Positions 1 to 11,022 of a DNA stretch of 64,000 nt are shown in pieces. Source of the stretch: Rhina ancylostomus (Eukaryota); assembly GCA_030265395.1 (NCBI GenBank), contig JARFYF010000022.1, positions 19,180,037 to 19,244,036 of the forward strand, given 5' to 3'. How positions within the stretch are numbered: position 1 is the stretch's first letter; each line of letters starts with the position of its first letter. The position numbers were made by a program, and so were the translations under genes. The notes beneath the pieces are model-generated. The model was given only the letters and a program-made list of their open reading frames with translations, ran no database searches and had not been told where the DNA came from.

Positions 1-300
1 ACTACCCACTCCTACCGGACTCCTCCTTCAGCTCTTTGCCTCTTCTACCTAGCACCTCTCAGATTCTTACATCTCCTCCTGCCTCTCCCACCCACCTACC
101 TACCCAGCTTCTCCCTCTCACCTGGACTCAGCTTTCACCTGCCTGTGTGTGCTCCTCCCCCTTCTCCAACCTTCTTATTCTGGCTTCTGCCCTCTTCCTT
201 TCCAGTCTTGATGAAGGGTCTTGGCCCGAAACCTCGGCTGTTTATTTCCCTCCATGGATGCTGCCTGACCTGCTGAGTTCCTCCAGGACTTTTTGTGTCT
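1..300 (+). mobile_element. Penelope-like element 3' region / pseudo-LTR, truncated at window start
   Basis: CT-rich tract, then a TTGATGAAGGGTCTTGGCCCGAAAC hammerhead-like motif and the tail GATGCTGCCTGACCTGCTGAGTTCCTCCAG. Related tails recur about 10 times in the window, and one abuts the GIY-YIG/RT remnant at 62.4-63.7 kb. Confidence 0.85.
203..240 (+). ncRNA. Minimal type I hammerhead ribozyme motif (degenerate) in Penelope terminus
   Basis: CAGTC (stem I)-TTGATGA-A-GGGTC TTG GCCC (stem II)-GAAA-CCTC-GGCTG (stem I'). Core has C3>U, and the ACGU stem III palindrome reads ACCU. Confidence 0.7.
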
Positions 301-334
301 TCCTCATCTTAAGAGATCTATTACTAACATGGAC

Positions 335-540
335 AAAAGCAACATGTGCTCGAGGACACCACCACCTGTAGTTTCCCCTCCAAGTCACACACCAACCTAA
401 CTTGGAAATATATAGCTGGTCCTTCATCACCACATCTAAATCCTGGAACTTCCCAACATCACCGCGAAGAACAACAGAAGTTCAAGGTTGTGGCTCACTC
501 ACAAGCTAGGGCCATTAGAGATACTAATCACAAAAAAGTT
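335..540 (+). mobile_element. CR1/L2-group LINE 3' end (family B)
   Basis: CACCACCACCTGTAGTTTCCCCTCCAAGTCACAC...CTTGGAAATATAT...TCCTGGAACT; homologous pieces at 5085, 8740 (-), 11546 and 21480. Confidence 0.65.
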
Positions 541-2029
541 TACATAAAAAAATTCTAAATAGCCCCAGGGAGGAAGAAAGTCAAAAAGCTGGCCAGGACA
601 TTCACTCAGATCTGGTTGTTAAATGTATGTGAATGTTTAACAAGGATACATTTAGCCTCAACTGTAATATTTCCATTTCACTGACTAACTTTCTGATATG
701 CACTTAGATTCTACATGACAAATGGCCACTCAAGCATAATATCACAGGACCTCCAGCAAATACCCTTGGAAACTTATCCCTAAATTGGAGTACACCTTCA
801 AGATATGACATGGACTAAAAAATTATAAAATAAATACTTCAGAAGGGAACGTTCATGTCACACTTGTTAACCCACATGTTTAAAGCGGTGTTTTAGACTT
901 TAGGTTGTTTCTCCAGTTTTCCACCAATATCTGAAGTAGAAATTTAAGAAGACAATCATTCCAATTAAATGCCATATTCTGTGCTGGAAAGTTACATCAT
1001 CAGACCAGGTTGAACTTTTCATTCTTCTAATAAACCTTACATAGGGGACAGGCAAAATTGTAGGAAAGAACCAGCCTTTAATGTTATTTTTTTTTAAACT
1101 ACCTTGATTTTAAGATACAATGATTCATTCCTAGATGCATCCTAGAAGGATTCCATGAGTAAAGTGGCACTGAGAAAGATTTTGCAATTGTACATATATT
1201 AACCAGCCCAACTCCTCTAACAGGCCTTTTATTCACAAATCAGGAGACTTTAAACTACCACAAATCACAATCAGCATAAATATATACCACATTCTATGTT
1301 AATCCCATGTGAAGTATTCTCATATGAATAATACCACTCTATTCCTTCACTCACTCTGAAATGCAGCAACAGAAGGACCAGATAACACAGGAGCACAACA
1401 ACCCTGGACATACCCCCCTACACATTTTCCTGCACAGTTCAGCTTCATTTTTTATTATTTCTGCAGTAACTTGCTGGAACTGTGAACTGATGCCAGGCTG
1501 GAAAGGGCAATGGGGTATTTGGCATCACAGTTCATGGCAGAACCAATCATGGCTTTTCATAAGCAATGAGTTTAGATGAAGAAATGGAGGAACAGAGAAG
1601 AGTGAATAAGAGACAAATCAAATACAGCAAGTTGACTGATTTCAGAGAGAAAAAAAGATTTAAAAAACACACATAACAAGAAAATACTTAAACAAGTTTG
1701 ACATTAATCATCTCAGGCAACAATCGACTCCCTGCAAAAATTAGATTAAATACTTTTAGGCCAGAAAAGGTTGATTGGTGTTGCAATCAATTATCACATC
1801 ATTAACTATCTGTGGCCAATTTAATGGGAAGTTAATGTCAAATTTAGCAAGTTCTTAAAAATAATAGCAAATCCAAAAATGAGATTATATGGAGCAAACA
1901 GCAGAGCAGCAATTACCAACAGGATGGCCTACAGGTTCATGACTAGAATCTAAATTCAGAAGTTAACTGCATGGAAAATTATTATTAGCATATCCACGTA
2001 TGTCACTTAACGCATCTCTTTCAATTCCC

Positions 2030-2225
2030 CAAGGAACACATGAAATAGAGGCAGTCGGAAGTCATTCAACCTCTCTGCTGAATCTTTCACGCAAGCCCCA
2101 CTTTCAATGCACTAACCCATATCCCCCTTGATATCTAAAAATCAATTAATCAGTCTTGAATCTACTTGGTGAGTAGGGCTCCATTGTCTTCATGGGTGGA
2201 GAATCCTAAAGATGAAGAAATTCAA
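2030..2225 (-). mobile_element. Old CR1 3' fragment
   Basis: GGAACACATGAAATAGAGGCAG...ATATCTAAAAATCAATTAATCAGTCTTGAA...GTGGAGAATCCTAAAGAT resembles the reverse complement of a CR1 3' end. Confidence 0.55.
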
Positions 2226-2237
2226 AATTATAAAATT

Positions 2238-2560
2238 CTGTAGCTCAGAAATGGGCCTTTTGGCCCATCCATCAAGCAGCAACCTGCACAACTCCTTCAT
2301 AATCCCATTTTATTCTCTTAACATTCCCATCTACTCTCGCCAGATTGCATATTACTTACCTGCACACTAGGTACAATTTACAGTGGCCAATTAACTTACA
2401 AACTCATGCATCTTTGAGGAGGCTGGAGCACCTGTGGGAATCCCAGATGGTCACAGGGAGAGGGTGCAAACTCCACACATACAGCACCAGAGGTAAGAAT
2501 TGAACCCAGAGCAATGGAGCTGTGAGGGAACAGCTCTACTAGCTGCACCCCTGTGCTACC
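2238..2560 (-). mobile_element. V-SINE (HE1-like, CR1-type tail)
   Basis: Reverse complement of a tRNA-like head (B-box-like GGTTCAATTC), V-core GAGCACC...GGTCACAGGGAGAGGGTGCAAACTCCACAC, and CR1-like tail GGCCTTTTGGCCCA. Confidence 0.8.
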
Positions 2561-2561
2561 C

Positions 2562-2800
2562 TACTGGAGTGGAAGCAAGTCAACCTTGATGGCAAAGGCC
2601 TGTGCAAGAAGATGAAACAAAAAGAGAGCATCACACCTTACAAACTGCGAGAGCTGATCTCAAAGACTCAACCATAAATATAATAACATCCCAACTAGCT
2701 TGCATCAGTTCTGACTGGTAGTTTTAACATCATGAACCAGAAAAGCATCCACACGTGACGAGCTTTGCCATTCATGATCCCGAGGGAATTCCCAAGAAGA
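2562..2800 (+). mobile_element. Degenerate RTE LINE 3' end
   Basis: Ends in GATCCCGAGGGAATTCCCAAGAAGAA, similar to the reverse complement of the RTE terminus at 30650-30690. Confidence 0.45.
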
Positions 2801-3374
2801 AATTGGTCTATGAATAAATTGTCTTCAAATCTATTCTAATGGTTTGAATTTGTTTTATATTTTAAACAGACTTTATATATCTTACTTAATTCAAGAATAA
2901 AGTATTTTAATTTTATTTGCATCATTTCTAAAATCAACGTCACTGACATTTAAAACTTTGTTGAATTCCTTGGCAGCTCTAACATGGCACAGCTCCACCC
3001 TCCCCCCTGCCTTCTGTCAAAGCTTCACACAGAGTGCTCCAGCCACAGAGCTCCTCTTAACACACCATCTGAGCCTACTCAAGGCTGAATCTTACTGCAT
3101 CTCACAAGATGCCTCCAGCATTAATAGTCCCAGCATGATTCCACTTACACATCTTTACTTGATCAGTACAGGCATAGGGAGAACACGGACAGCTACACTT
3201 GGCAATGGACCAGCTTCAGAACAAACCAGCCCATAATTTCAGATGTAAAAGATATGATTATTTAGAACTGCAGTTGACAGGAGCAGCATCTTTGGTTAAA
3301 AATCGCCCTAAATTCCCGGCAGCCGAAAACCACTTCTTTTTTCCTGTTCGTGTATCTATTACATCAGCGCTTAC

Positions 3375-3419
3375 CTTAACCGAATCTTCTAGTGGAAAGT
3401 TACACGACAAAGTTGCCTC
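3375..3419 (-). other. Candidate 45-nt exon, or 3' end of a non-coding first exon; unverified
   Basis: Minus strand reads tag|GAGGCAACT...TCGGTTAAG|gtaagc. Strong donor, weak pyrimidine tract, open frame EATLSCNFPLEDSVK, 8 CpGs in 3300-3435. Confidence 0.25.
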
Positions 3420-3929
3420 CTAGCTGATTCACGAGGGGGATACTATACAGTACTTGTCATCCAATGACACAGTGCTGTCAGGAAATGAACAGCTCCCCAC
3501 AACTCCTCACCAGTGACATTATTCTTCTAAAATGAACTCTAAATACCTGTGCACACAACATCAGTGCCAAACAAAAGGTGTCCTTTGGCAGATGTCTGCC
3601 ATGCAGCATTGTTATTGGATTAGTACTGTTTGATGGGCATGCTTTCATCTAAATTGGTCACTTGCTTTGAATTTACCAGATAGAGTCAACAGGCAATGGA
3701 GAAACAAAGAGCTAAATTGGGAAAGCTGAATTTAGATGGGTGTGGTTAAATGTCAATATTTAATTCTTACTGAACACAATTTTCACCACATTAGTTGAGT
3801 GCATTAAAATAATAACTTTACAAACTGTCTATTGAGGATTGTGTTACAAACAAGCTGATTTGCAAAAGTTTGACAATATTTGGTGCAAGAATTAATTGAT
3901 ATCAATGAAGCTCCTATGAGGGCCTTTGT

Positions 3930-4012
3930 CCCAAGCCATTAACTCTGTTTCTCTTTTCCACAGATGCTGCCTGACCTGTTGAGTGTTTCCAGCATTTTCT
4001 GTTTTTGTTTCA
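3930..4012 (+). mobile_element. Penelope terminal fragment
   Basis: CCACAGATGCTGCCTGACCTGTTGAGTGTTTCCAGCATTTTCTG tail motif. Confidence 0.75.
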
Positions 4013-4094
4013 TTAAAGTAGATTTTTCACAATCCATAACTGTTTTCCTTGCATACGTTGTGAAAAAGTTATAACAGCTCACAATTATTGTGGT

Positions 4095-4157
4095 TTGATG
4101 GGCAGCACAACACGGTGGGCCGAAGGGCCTGTATTGTGCTGTATTGTTCTATGGTTC
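4095..4157 (+). mobile_element. Extreme 3' tail of CR1
   Basis: CACAACACGGTGGGCCGAAGGGCCTGTATTGTGCTGTATTGTTCTATG, the CR1 3' stem-loop plus tail. Confidence 0.8.
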
Positions 4158-4325
4158 AAACCTTGGTTGTGATGTATACATACTGTTCTACCTTTCATGG
4201 AAGATTTTTCTTCCCTCTTTTCTGACCAGTAAACAGCTAAACTTCGTAACAAAATCTACAAGATACACAGCAGCAACTTGCCAAGGCTTCTTCAAGGGCA
4301 CATCTCAAACCCACAATCTTGTTTA

Positions 4326-4456
4326 GAGAGACAAGGGACTGCAGATGCTGGAATCTGGATGAAAAACACAATGATGCTAGAGGAACTCAGCAGGCCAGGC
4401 AGCATCCATGAGAAAAGCAGTCCATGTTTCGGGTCAGGACCCTTCTTCAGGACTGG
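4326..4456 (-). mobile_element. Penelope terminus with hammerhead motif (4418-4455)
   Basis: Minus strand CAGTC-CTGAAGA-AGGGTCCTGACCC-GAAA-CATG-GACTG, followed by the GATGCTGCCTGGCCTGCTGAGTTCCTC tail. Confidence 0.85.
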
Positions 4457-4578
4457 TGTTACGTACCAGCAACAAAAGAAACGCACTGAGACATGTAAAA
4501 GTATTAAAAACTACTTTATTAATAACTACTTATGATAATAAGTAAAATAAAAGTAAAAATGTTAGAATGTTAGAAGTA
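4457..4578 (-). mobile_element. LTR 3' end (Gypsy-like) running into a gap
   Basis: Minus strand has AATAAA, then a U/GU-rich segment ending ...GGTACGTAACA, a typical LTR terminus. Confidence 0.55.
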
Positions 4579-4678
4579 NNNNNNNNNNNNNNNNNNNNNN
4601 NNNNNNNNNNNNNNNNNNNNNNNNNNNNNNNNNNNNNNNNNNNNNNNNNNNNNNNNNNNNNNNNNNNNNNNNNNNNNN

Positions 4679-4766
4679 GGTCCTGACCCGAAACATTGAC
4701 CACCTGCTTTTCTCCACAGATGCTGCCTGGCCTGCTGAGTTCCTCCAGCATCATCATGTGTTCCAC
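4679..4766 (+). mobile_element. Penelope terminus, inverted partner of 4326-4456
   Basis: GGTCCTGACCCGAAACATTGAC...GATGCTGCCTGGCCTGCTGAGTTCCTCCAGCATCAT is near-identical to the reverse complement of 4370-4442. Confidence 0.85.
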
Positions 4767-4789
4767 AATCTCATTTAGTTCATCTGATA

Positions 4790-5070
4790 ATGAAAGAAAC
4801 TATTTGGCCCATTGAGTCTATGGTAGCTCACGGAGCAACCCCATCAATCCTATTCCATGTAATCTATCCTCTCTCCCATGGCCATTTCCACCCTGACTGT
4901 TTGCTCTGCACTAGGGGAAATTAACAATAGCCACTTAATCTACCAATCAGCACATCATTGTAAGAGAAAAGCAAAGGATCTGAGGAAATCCATGTGGTCA
5001 CAGAGAAAGCACACGAATTCCACACAGACAGCAGCTAAGGACAGGTTTACAGCAGGGTCACTGGACCTTT
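4790..5070 (-). mobile_element. Degenerate V-SINE
   Basis: GGAAATCCATGTGGTCACAGAGAAAGCACACGAATTCCACACAGACAGC V-core reverse complement with a CR1-type tail. Confidence 0.65.
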
Positions 5071-5084
5071 TCAATCCAAGGGTC

Positions 5085-5290
5085 AAGATGTTCAAATTAA
5101 ACAACATTCTGACTTGAGGAACTATCACTGTTCCTTTGTGATCCCTGGACTTAAATACTGGAATTCTGCTGAGGGTGTACCATCACCTCAAGGACAGTAG
5201 CAGTTTAAGAAAGTGACTCATGACCACCTTCTCAAGCACAGTTAGGATGCCTTTTAAAATAATGACATTGTGTACCCACCTGATGTAAAT
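5085..5290 (+). mobile_element. LINE family B 3' end
   Basis: CATTCTGACTTGAGGAACTATCACTGTTCC...CAGTTTAAGAAAGTGACTCATGACCACCTTCTCAAG, homologous to 335-540. Confidence 0.6.
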
Positions 5291-6774
5291 AAATTATTAT
5301 TTTTTAAAAACTCACCACAGATCAAGTGCACTTTTCGATGATGATTCATCACTGCCTCGCAATTATATTCACACGGAATTGAAGTGTTCACTTGTTTCTG
5401 TTTGAACCAGAAGATCTAACTTGATATTTCCTGCATCTGGGAGGATGACTTTGATGTTGTAGGAAACACTTCAGTGCCCTTTTGTCAAGTCATTTTGCAA
5501 GATAGCTCTCCATTTCTTCTTTACCCATCTGCATTGGAGCTCGGAATAAGAGCTAAATTGCTCCTGCACTGGCTGCTTCATGTCCCAAACCCTGTATATT
5601 GTTTGAAAGTGTAAAGACAAGTTCCTGATCAAAGCAGTTCCTGACAAAGACTACCATTTTTGATGAAAAAAAGTCACACTGAACAAAAATGACTTAATGG
5701 TGTTCATAAAGGCAGAAATTTTATCTGTTGTTGTTTGATTTGGTTTCAGGTGACTTTAAAAGAAAAATCCTGTTGCTACGATACAGAATTACTGTGGCCG
5801 ATGTTCTCATCCATTTAATCTGTTTATTGTGAATGGATTAAAAATTGGTAATAAGATTTCAGTGAAGCACTTGTACAGTACCATCATTCACAGTCACTTC
5901 CAGCCTTAGGTTAATAAAATGTGGTGTAAAGAGATTGGCAAGTAGGTTGGGCTGACTGTAAAATTCCCATCCATTTATTGCCCTTTAAATTGGACACTGT
6001 TTGTATTGACAAAGCAATCTGTTCCACCGGGCACAGAAACACTTTCCAAATGTTGTAGTTCTGGCCCTGTCACTAAGCACAAATTGCCAATGCTATCATA
6101 GGGTTTTTCATTAATGAGTTGACAGCTACCCACTGCGCATAGCTGTGGGGAAGTTCATCTTGTTCACAACAATTCAGTACATCTCATTAGTTCCAGCAGC
6201 TGTATTTTCAGGTAAGTATGAGGCTACCGATTCTCACATGGAATAAACAATGAGGAGAAAAGAAGAAAAATACTCATTTCATACAAAACAATCACAGGGC
6301 TGCCACAGTTTAGAGACATCATGAATGCCAAGTTTTGAAAGCCACTTCCAATCAAATATGTGGCCTCAACACCAAGAAACAATGCTCACAGTGACTCACA
6401 TTTTGGCAATCTGTTTCTGACTCACATGCCAGCAGCATAGATTGCCTCCATAGCTAACAACATTTTGATGGAACCTATAAAAAAAAAATTACATCATTCA
6501 AGAGCTTTCTTTATTTTTATATTGTATTTCTTTTCATATATTTAGCATTCAAAGAATAAAATCTGGGAAGACATATTACTGGACCAATGGGTGATGATTT
6601 AAATATTCTAGATAGCACTATTACAAGATTAGATGTAGATTTTTAGGAAGTTGCACAGGAATCAAAGTCTGAAGTTAAATATTTAAAAAGTGAACAAACT
6701 ATTTAAAGTGGACAGCTATTTATTTTTGGTTGAGTGGTTTTCATTGTATTTTCATGAAATAATAATTTACAGAT

Positions 6775-7550
6775 AATATGTGATGACACTTGAAGTGATA
6801 CACTTTGGAAGATCGAATTTGAAGGCAGATTACAAAGTTAATGGCAGGACGCTTAGCAGTGTGGAGGAACAGAGGGATCTTGGGGTCCACGTCCATAGAT
6901 CTCTCAAGGTTGCTGTGCAAGTTGATAGGGTTGTTAAGAAGGCACGTGTTGGCTTTCATTAGTTGGGGTATAGTTCAAGATCCGCGAGGTAATGTTGCAG
7001 CTCTATAGAACTCTGGTCAGACCATACTTGGAATATTGTGTTCTTTTCTGGTCACCTCATTATAAGAAGGATGTGGAAGCTTTAGAGGGTACAGAGGAGA
7101 TTTACCAGGATGCTACTGGGATTGGAGAGCATGTCTTATGAGGATAGTTTGAGTGAGCTGAGGCTTTCCACTAGAGGATGAGAGGTGACTTGATAGAGGT
7201 GTACAAGATGATATGAGGCATGGATCAAGTGGACAATCAGAGACTTTTTCCCAGGGTGAAAAAGGCTAACGTGAAGGGGCATAATTTTAAGGTGATTGGA
7301 GGAAAATACAAAGGGAATGCCAGAGGTAATTTTTTTTTAAAAACAGAATGGTGGGTGTGTGGAATGCACTGCTGGCAGAGGTGCTAGGGGCAGATACATT
7401 AGGAACATTTAAGAGACTCTTAGCCACTTGAATGATAGAGAAATGGGGTGCTATATGAGAGGGAAGGGTTAGATAGATCTTAGAACAGGATAAAATGTCA
7501 GTACAGCATTGTGGGCTGAAGGGCCTGCACTGTGCTGTAATGTTCTATGT
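6775..7550 (+). mobile_element. 5'-truncated CR1 LINE (ORF2 C-terminus + 3' UTR)
   Basis: EVIHFGRSNLKADYKVNGRTLSSVEEQRDLGVHVHRSLKVAVQVDRVVKKA; ends GGGCTGAAGGGCCTGCACTGTGCTGTAATGTTCTATG. Confidence 0.95.
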
Positions 7551-7619
7551 GAACCCACCCCACTACCACCTTATCTGTCTGCATCAAAGACCTTTGTCCC
7601 AACTACCATTAGTAAAGAG

Positions 7620-8330
7620 ACAGTATACTTTTAATGGCAAGACACTTAAATGTTGATGAGCAGAGGGATCTGGGGGTCCAAGTTCATAGCTCTCTGTACA
7701 TGGCTACACAGGTTGATAGTGTGGTAAAGAAGGCATATGGCATGCTTACCTTCATTAGTTGATGCATTGAGTTCAAGAGTCAAAGTCATGCTGTAGCTTT
7801 AAAACTTTAGGCCACATCTGGAGTATTGCATTCCATTCTGGTCACCCCATTATAGGATGGATACAGAGGCTTTGGAGAAAGTGCAGAAGAAGTTTACCAA
7901 GATGCTGCTTGGATTAGAGGGTGTGTGCTATGAGGATAGGTTGGACAAATTTGGGTTCTCTCTGGAGCGGAGGCTGAAGAGAGCTCTGATAGAGGTGTAT
8001 AAGATTATGAGAAGCATAGATCAAGTAGACAGCCAGTATCTTTTCCCCAGGATTGAAATGCCTAATACCAGAGGGCGCACATTTAAGGTGATAGAGGCTA
8101 ACTTTGAAGGAGATGTGCAAGGCATTTTTTTTTAAAACACTGTGTGGGGATGCCTGGAATGTGCTGCCTGGGGTGGTGGTGGAGGCAAATATGGTTGGGG
8201 TGTTCAAGGGAAATAGTAGGTTCTGGACATTGTATAGGCAGAAAGGATTAGTTTAGTTAGGCATTTTATTACTAATGCAATTGGTTTGGCACAACATTGT
8301 GGGCTGAAGGGCCTGTTCTGTTCTATGTAT
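7620..8330 (+). mobile_element. Second 5'-truncated CR1, head-to-tail with the previous copy, different subfamily
   Basis: ALEKVQKKFTKMLLGLEGVCYEDRLDKFGFSLERRLKRALIEVYKIMR; 3' stem-loop and GTTCTATG tail. Confidence 0.95.
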
Positions 8331-8739
8331 TAAGAAAGAGTTCCAAATACTTGCAACCCTCTGAAGTAAACATTTCATCTTCTCTAACTTAAATGGGTGA
8401 CTTGTTATTTTAAACAGCATCCTGGTTACAGATTCTTCTACAGAAGGAAACATTCTTTCAATATTCACATTGTCAATGTCCAAGTTAGAACAAAAAAAGC
8501 AGAAGTTGATCATTCAGCCTTTCAAGCCTGCCCTGCTATTCAAATATGATCATTCCTGGTCCTCTGGTTCAATATCATATTTCTACTCTCTTCCCCTATC
8601 TTCTACACTTGGAAATCTTCAGTGTCTAGCAATCTATCTCAAGTACTTTCACTGATTTGAACACTTCAACCTTCTGTGGTAGAGGATTCTACAGGTTTGC
8701 CATCCTTGGAGTGAAGAAATATCTTTGTTAACAATGAAG

Positions 8740-9000
8740 AACTGGATGATATTGTCCAAGTCAGGATGGTTTGAAACTTGTGCATGTTGTCATATTTTTG
8801 CAGCACCTCCCAATGCATTTTGTAGATGGGGCATGCTGCTGCCAATGCTACTAGTGGTGGAAGAGTGAATATTTAGAGTGATGGATGGGATGCAAGTCTA
8901 ATGAGCTGGCTTGTCCTGGATGGCATTGGGCTTCTTAAGAGTTGTTGGATGTTGAGCCACTCAAAGTACACAGCATTTGAATTGCTCTTGTAGCCATTGT
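8740..9000 (-). mobile_element. LINE family B fragment
   Basis: CCAAGTCAGGATGGT...GCTGGCTTGTCCTGGATGG matches the reverse complement of the family B 3' ORF region. Confidence 0.55.
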
Positions 9001-9229
9001 GTTCATTTGGCAGTTTCTTGCTACATTTGAAAGGTATCCAGTTGGCTATTAATTGCTTTTTAGTGTAGCTAAGTGGCAAAAAACCAAAAGTGGACTTGGT
9101 CATGTGAGAATGAATGTTGCAGGGTTAGAGCCAAGGAAAAGGAGAAGGGTGCTAATAGAATTACTCTTCCTGATGCTAACATAATGGAATGGTCTCTTCC
9201 TGTGCCATAATAAGTAGTAACCACTAAGC

Positions 9230-10135
9230 CTTCATTTTGCTTGCGACAACTATATCTTTTGGATAATGAGAAACTGCAAAGAATACTCCAGGTGAGATAT
9301 CAAGGCCCTGTATAATTAATTACACCAAGTCATCTTTGCTGCATTCAAAACCTCTTGCCCAGAAGGCCAACATATCATTTGTCACCTTTACTGCTTGTTG
9401 TATCTACATTTTTCTTCCATTGATGGACAAAGATACCAGATCCCTTTGTACATCAAAATGTCTCAATCTGTCACCATTGAAATACTTAAGGTTTTTCCTA
9501 CAATAGTGGTTAACTTTACATTTATCCTCATATTGCAACTGCTATGTATTTACCCATTCAGTTTGTCTAAATGTCTTTTGAAGCCTCTCTTCGCAATCTC
9601 CACAACTCTCAATCCAACCTAGCTTTGAATGTAATATTAAAATGTGAATGACAATTCCCTCAAATTCTGGATATTCATTGTGAATAGTTGAGGCTTAAGC
9701 ATTCATCTCTGAAATACCCCACAAGTCACTGCTTGCCACCCAGAGGTATTTACTAATTTACCACCATTTTTTCATGCTTGTCAACCTCTTTTCAATCCTT
9801 GCTAGTACATTAACAACCCCCTCCTCATTTCTATTGATTTCACACAGTAACCTCTTGTCCAGAGTATTGTTAACTAAGTACTTCTCATTGTGCAATATCT
9901 AATCTGGCTCTCTTCCTAGTTGCTCCTCAAACCTAAACGTGCCACATCTACTGGATCTCCCTTAATTATTCTGGGACTTTCATGCTCAGGTTTCTCAAAC
10001 ATTATTTCACTTTCATAAATCCATGTTGACATTGTTTAATTCCACTGATGTTTTGTAAGAGTCCTATTATCACATTCTTTATAATAGATTCCTTTTTCCT
10101 ACTACAAATGTTGGACTAAATAGTATATCCTTCCA
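9230..10135 (-). mobile_element. Old decayed CR1 ORF2 fragment
   Basis: AACTGCAAAGAATACTCCAGGTG, GGCCAACATATCATTTG, CACATCTACTGG and ATAAATCCATGTTGAC match reverse-complement CR1 RT segments. Confidence 0.7.
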
Positions 10136-10239
10136 CTCCNNNNNNNNNNNNNNNNNNNNNNNNNNNNNNNNNNNNNNNNNNNNNNNNNNNNNNNNNNNNN
10201 NNNNNNNNNNNNNNNNNNNNNNNNNNNNNNNNNNNNNNN

Positions 10240-10337
10240 GGTGTCGATGAGCGGTGGAGTCCTTTAAATTATGACTCACTCCCCAGCAGTCTGTGTGGCA
10301 ATTAGCCAACAACTCTGCAGAGGAGATCCCCACAACA
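10240..10337. mobile_element. Probable LTR terminus adjoining a gap
   Basis: GC-richer segment ending CCCCACAACA, the reverse complement of the TGTTGTGG terminus at 36680. Confidence 0.35.
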
Positions 10338-10639
10338 ACTGCTGTAATCCCATTTCTTCCCTCGAGTCTCAGTCACAGAGAAATACAGATGGAAACAGGC
10401 CCTTCAGCCCACCCAGTATGCTCTGACCATCAACCACCCATTTATACTAATCCTACATTAATCCCATTTTGGTGTGCTGAACTCCAGAGTCCTTTTAGTG
10501 GATTTCTGCCTGATTCTGTGCAATTTTTCTGGAGATTGGAATGAGGGTTTGTACTATACACTACATGTTTGCCCACCAAGATAATGGAATCCAATTCTCG
10601 GGCAATTGCTTTTAAATCAATGGTACAAGAAATATTGCT

Positions 10640-11022
10640 CGAGATAAACAGAGGGGGAATATTTGGGTGTTTAGTGTTTTGAAAAACAAACTAACTATCA
10701 GGCACAATTAAAAAGAATCCCAGTATCAAGAGCAGAGATTCTAACCTCCAATCCTCTCTGGCCACAGGTGTGTTGCTGGAAGAAATGTGAAGAATGTAAT
10801 GGACTCAATTTACAAAACAATTCTGAGGCACTGTACACATCTCTTAAGTTAGCAATAGACTAACCAAGGACAGTCAGCATGAGCTTGTTAAAGAAAGGTT
10901 GTGTCTGACTAACAACATAAAATTTTAAAGGAGTAAAAGACCAGGATCACCGAGGCAAATCGATTAAATATAGTCTACATGGATTTTAACAAAGTTTTTG
11001 ACAAGTTCCCACATGGGAGACA
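10640..11022 (+). mobile_element. CR1 RT N-terminal fragment
   Basis: AGTCAGCATGAGCTTGTTAAAG...TGTCTGACTAAC (QHGF...SCLTN-like) and VYMDFNKVFDKFPHGR. Confidence 0.8.

Noticed and set aside
36-371. 111-aa Pro/Ser/Leu-rich ORF, and similar MLEELSRPGSI-type ORFs elsewhere
   Set aside because: Chance frames in Penelope terminal repeats.
5311-5600. Possible minus-strand exon bounded by AG and GTGAGT
   Set aside because: The two frames I translated hit stops, no product was recognised, and the acceptor is weak.
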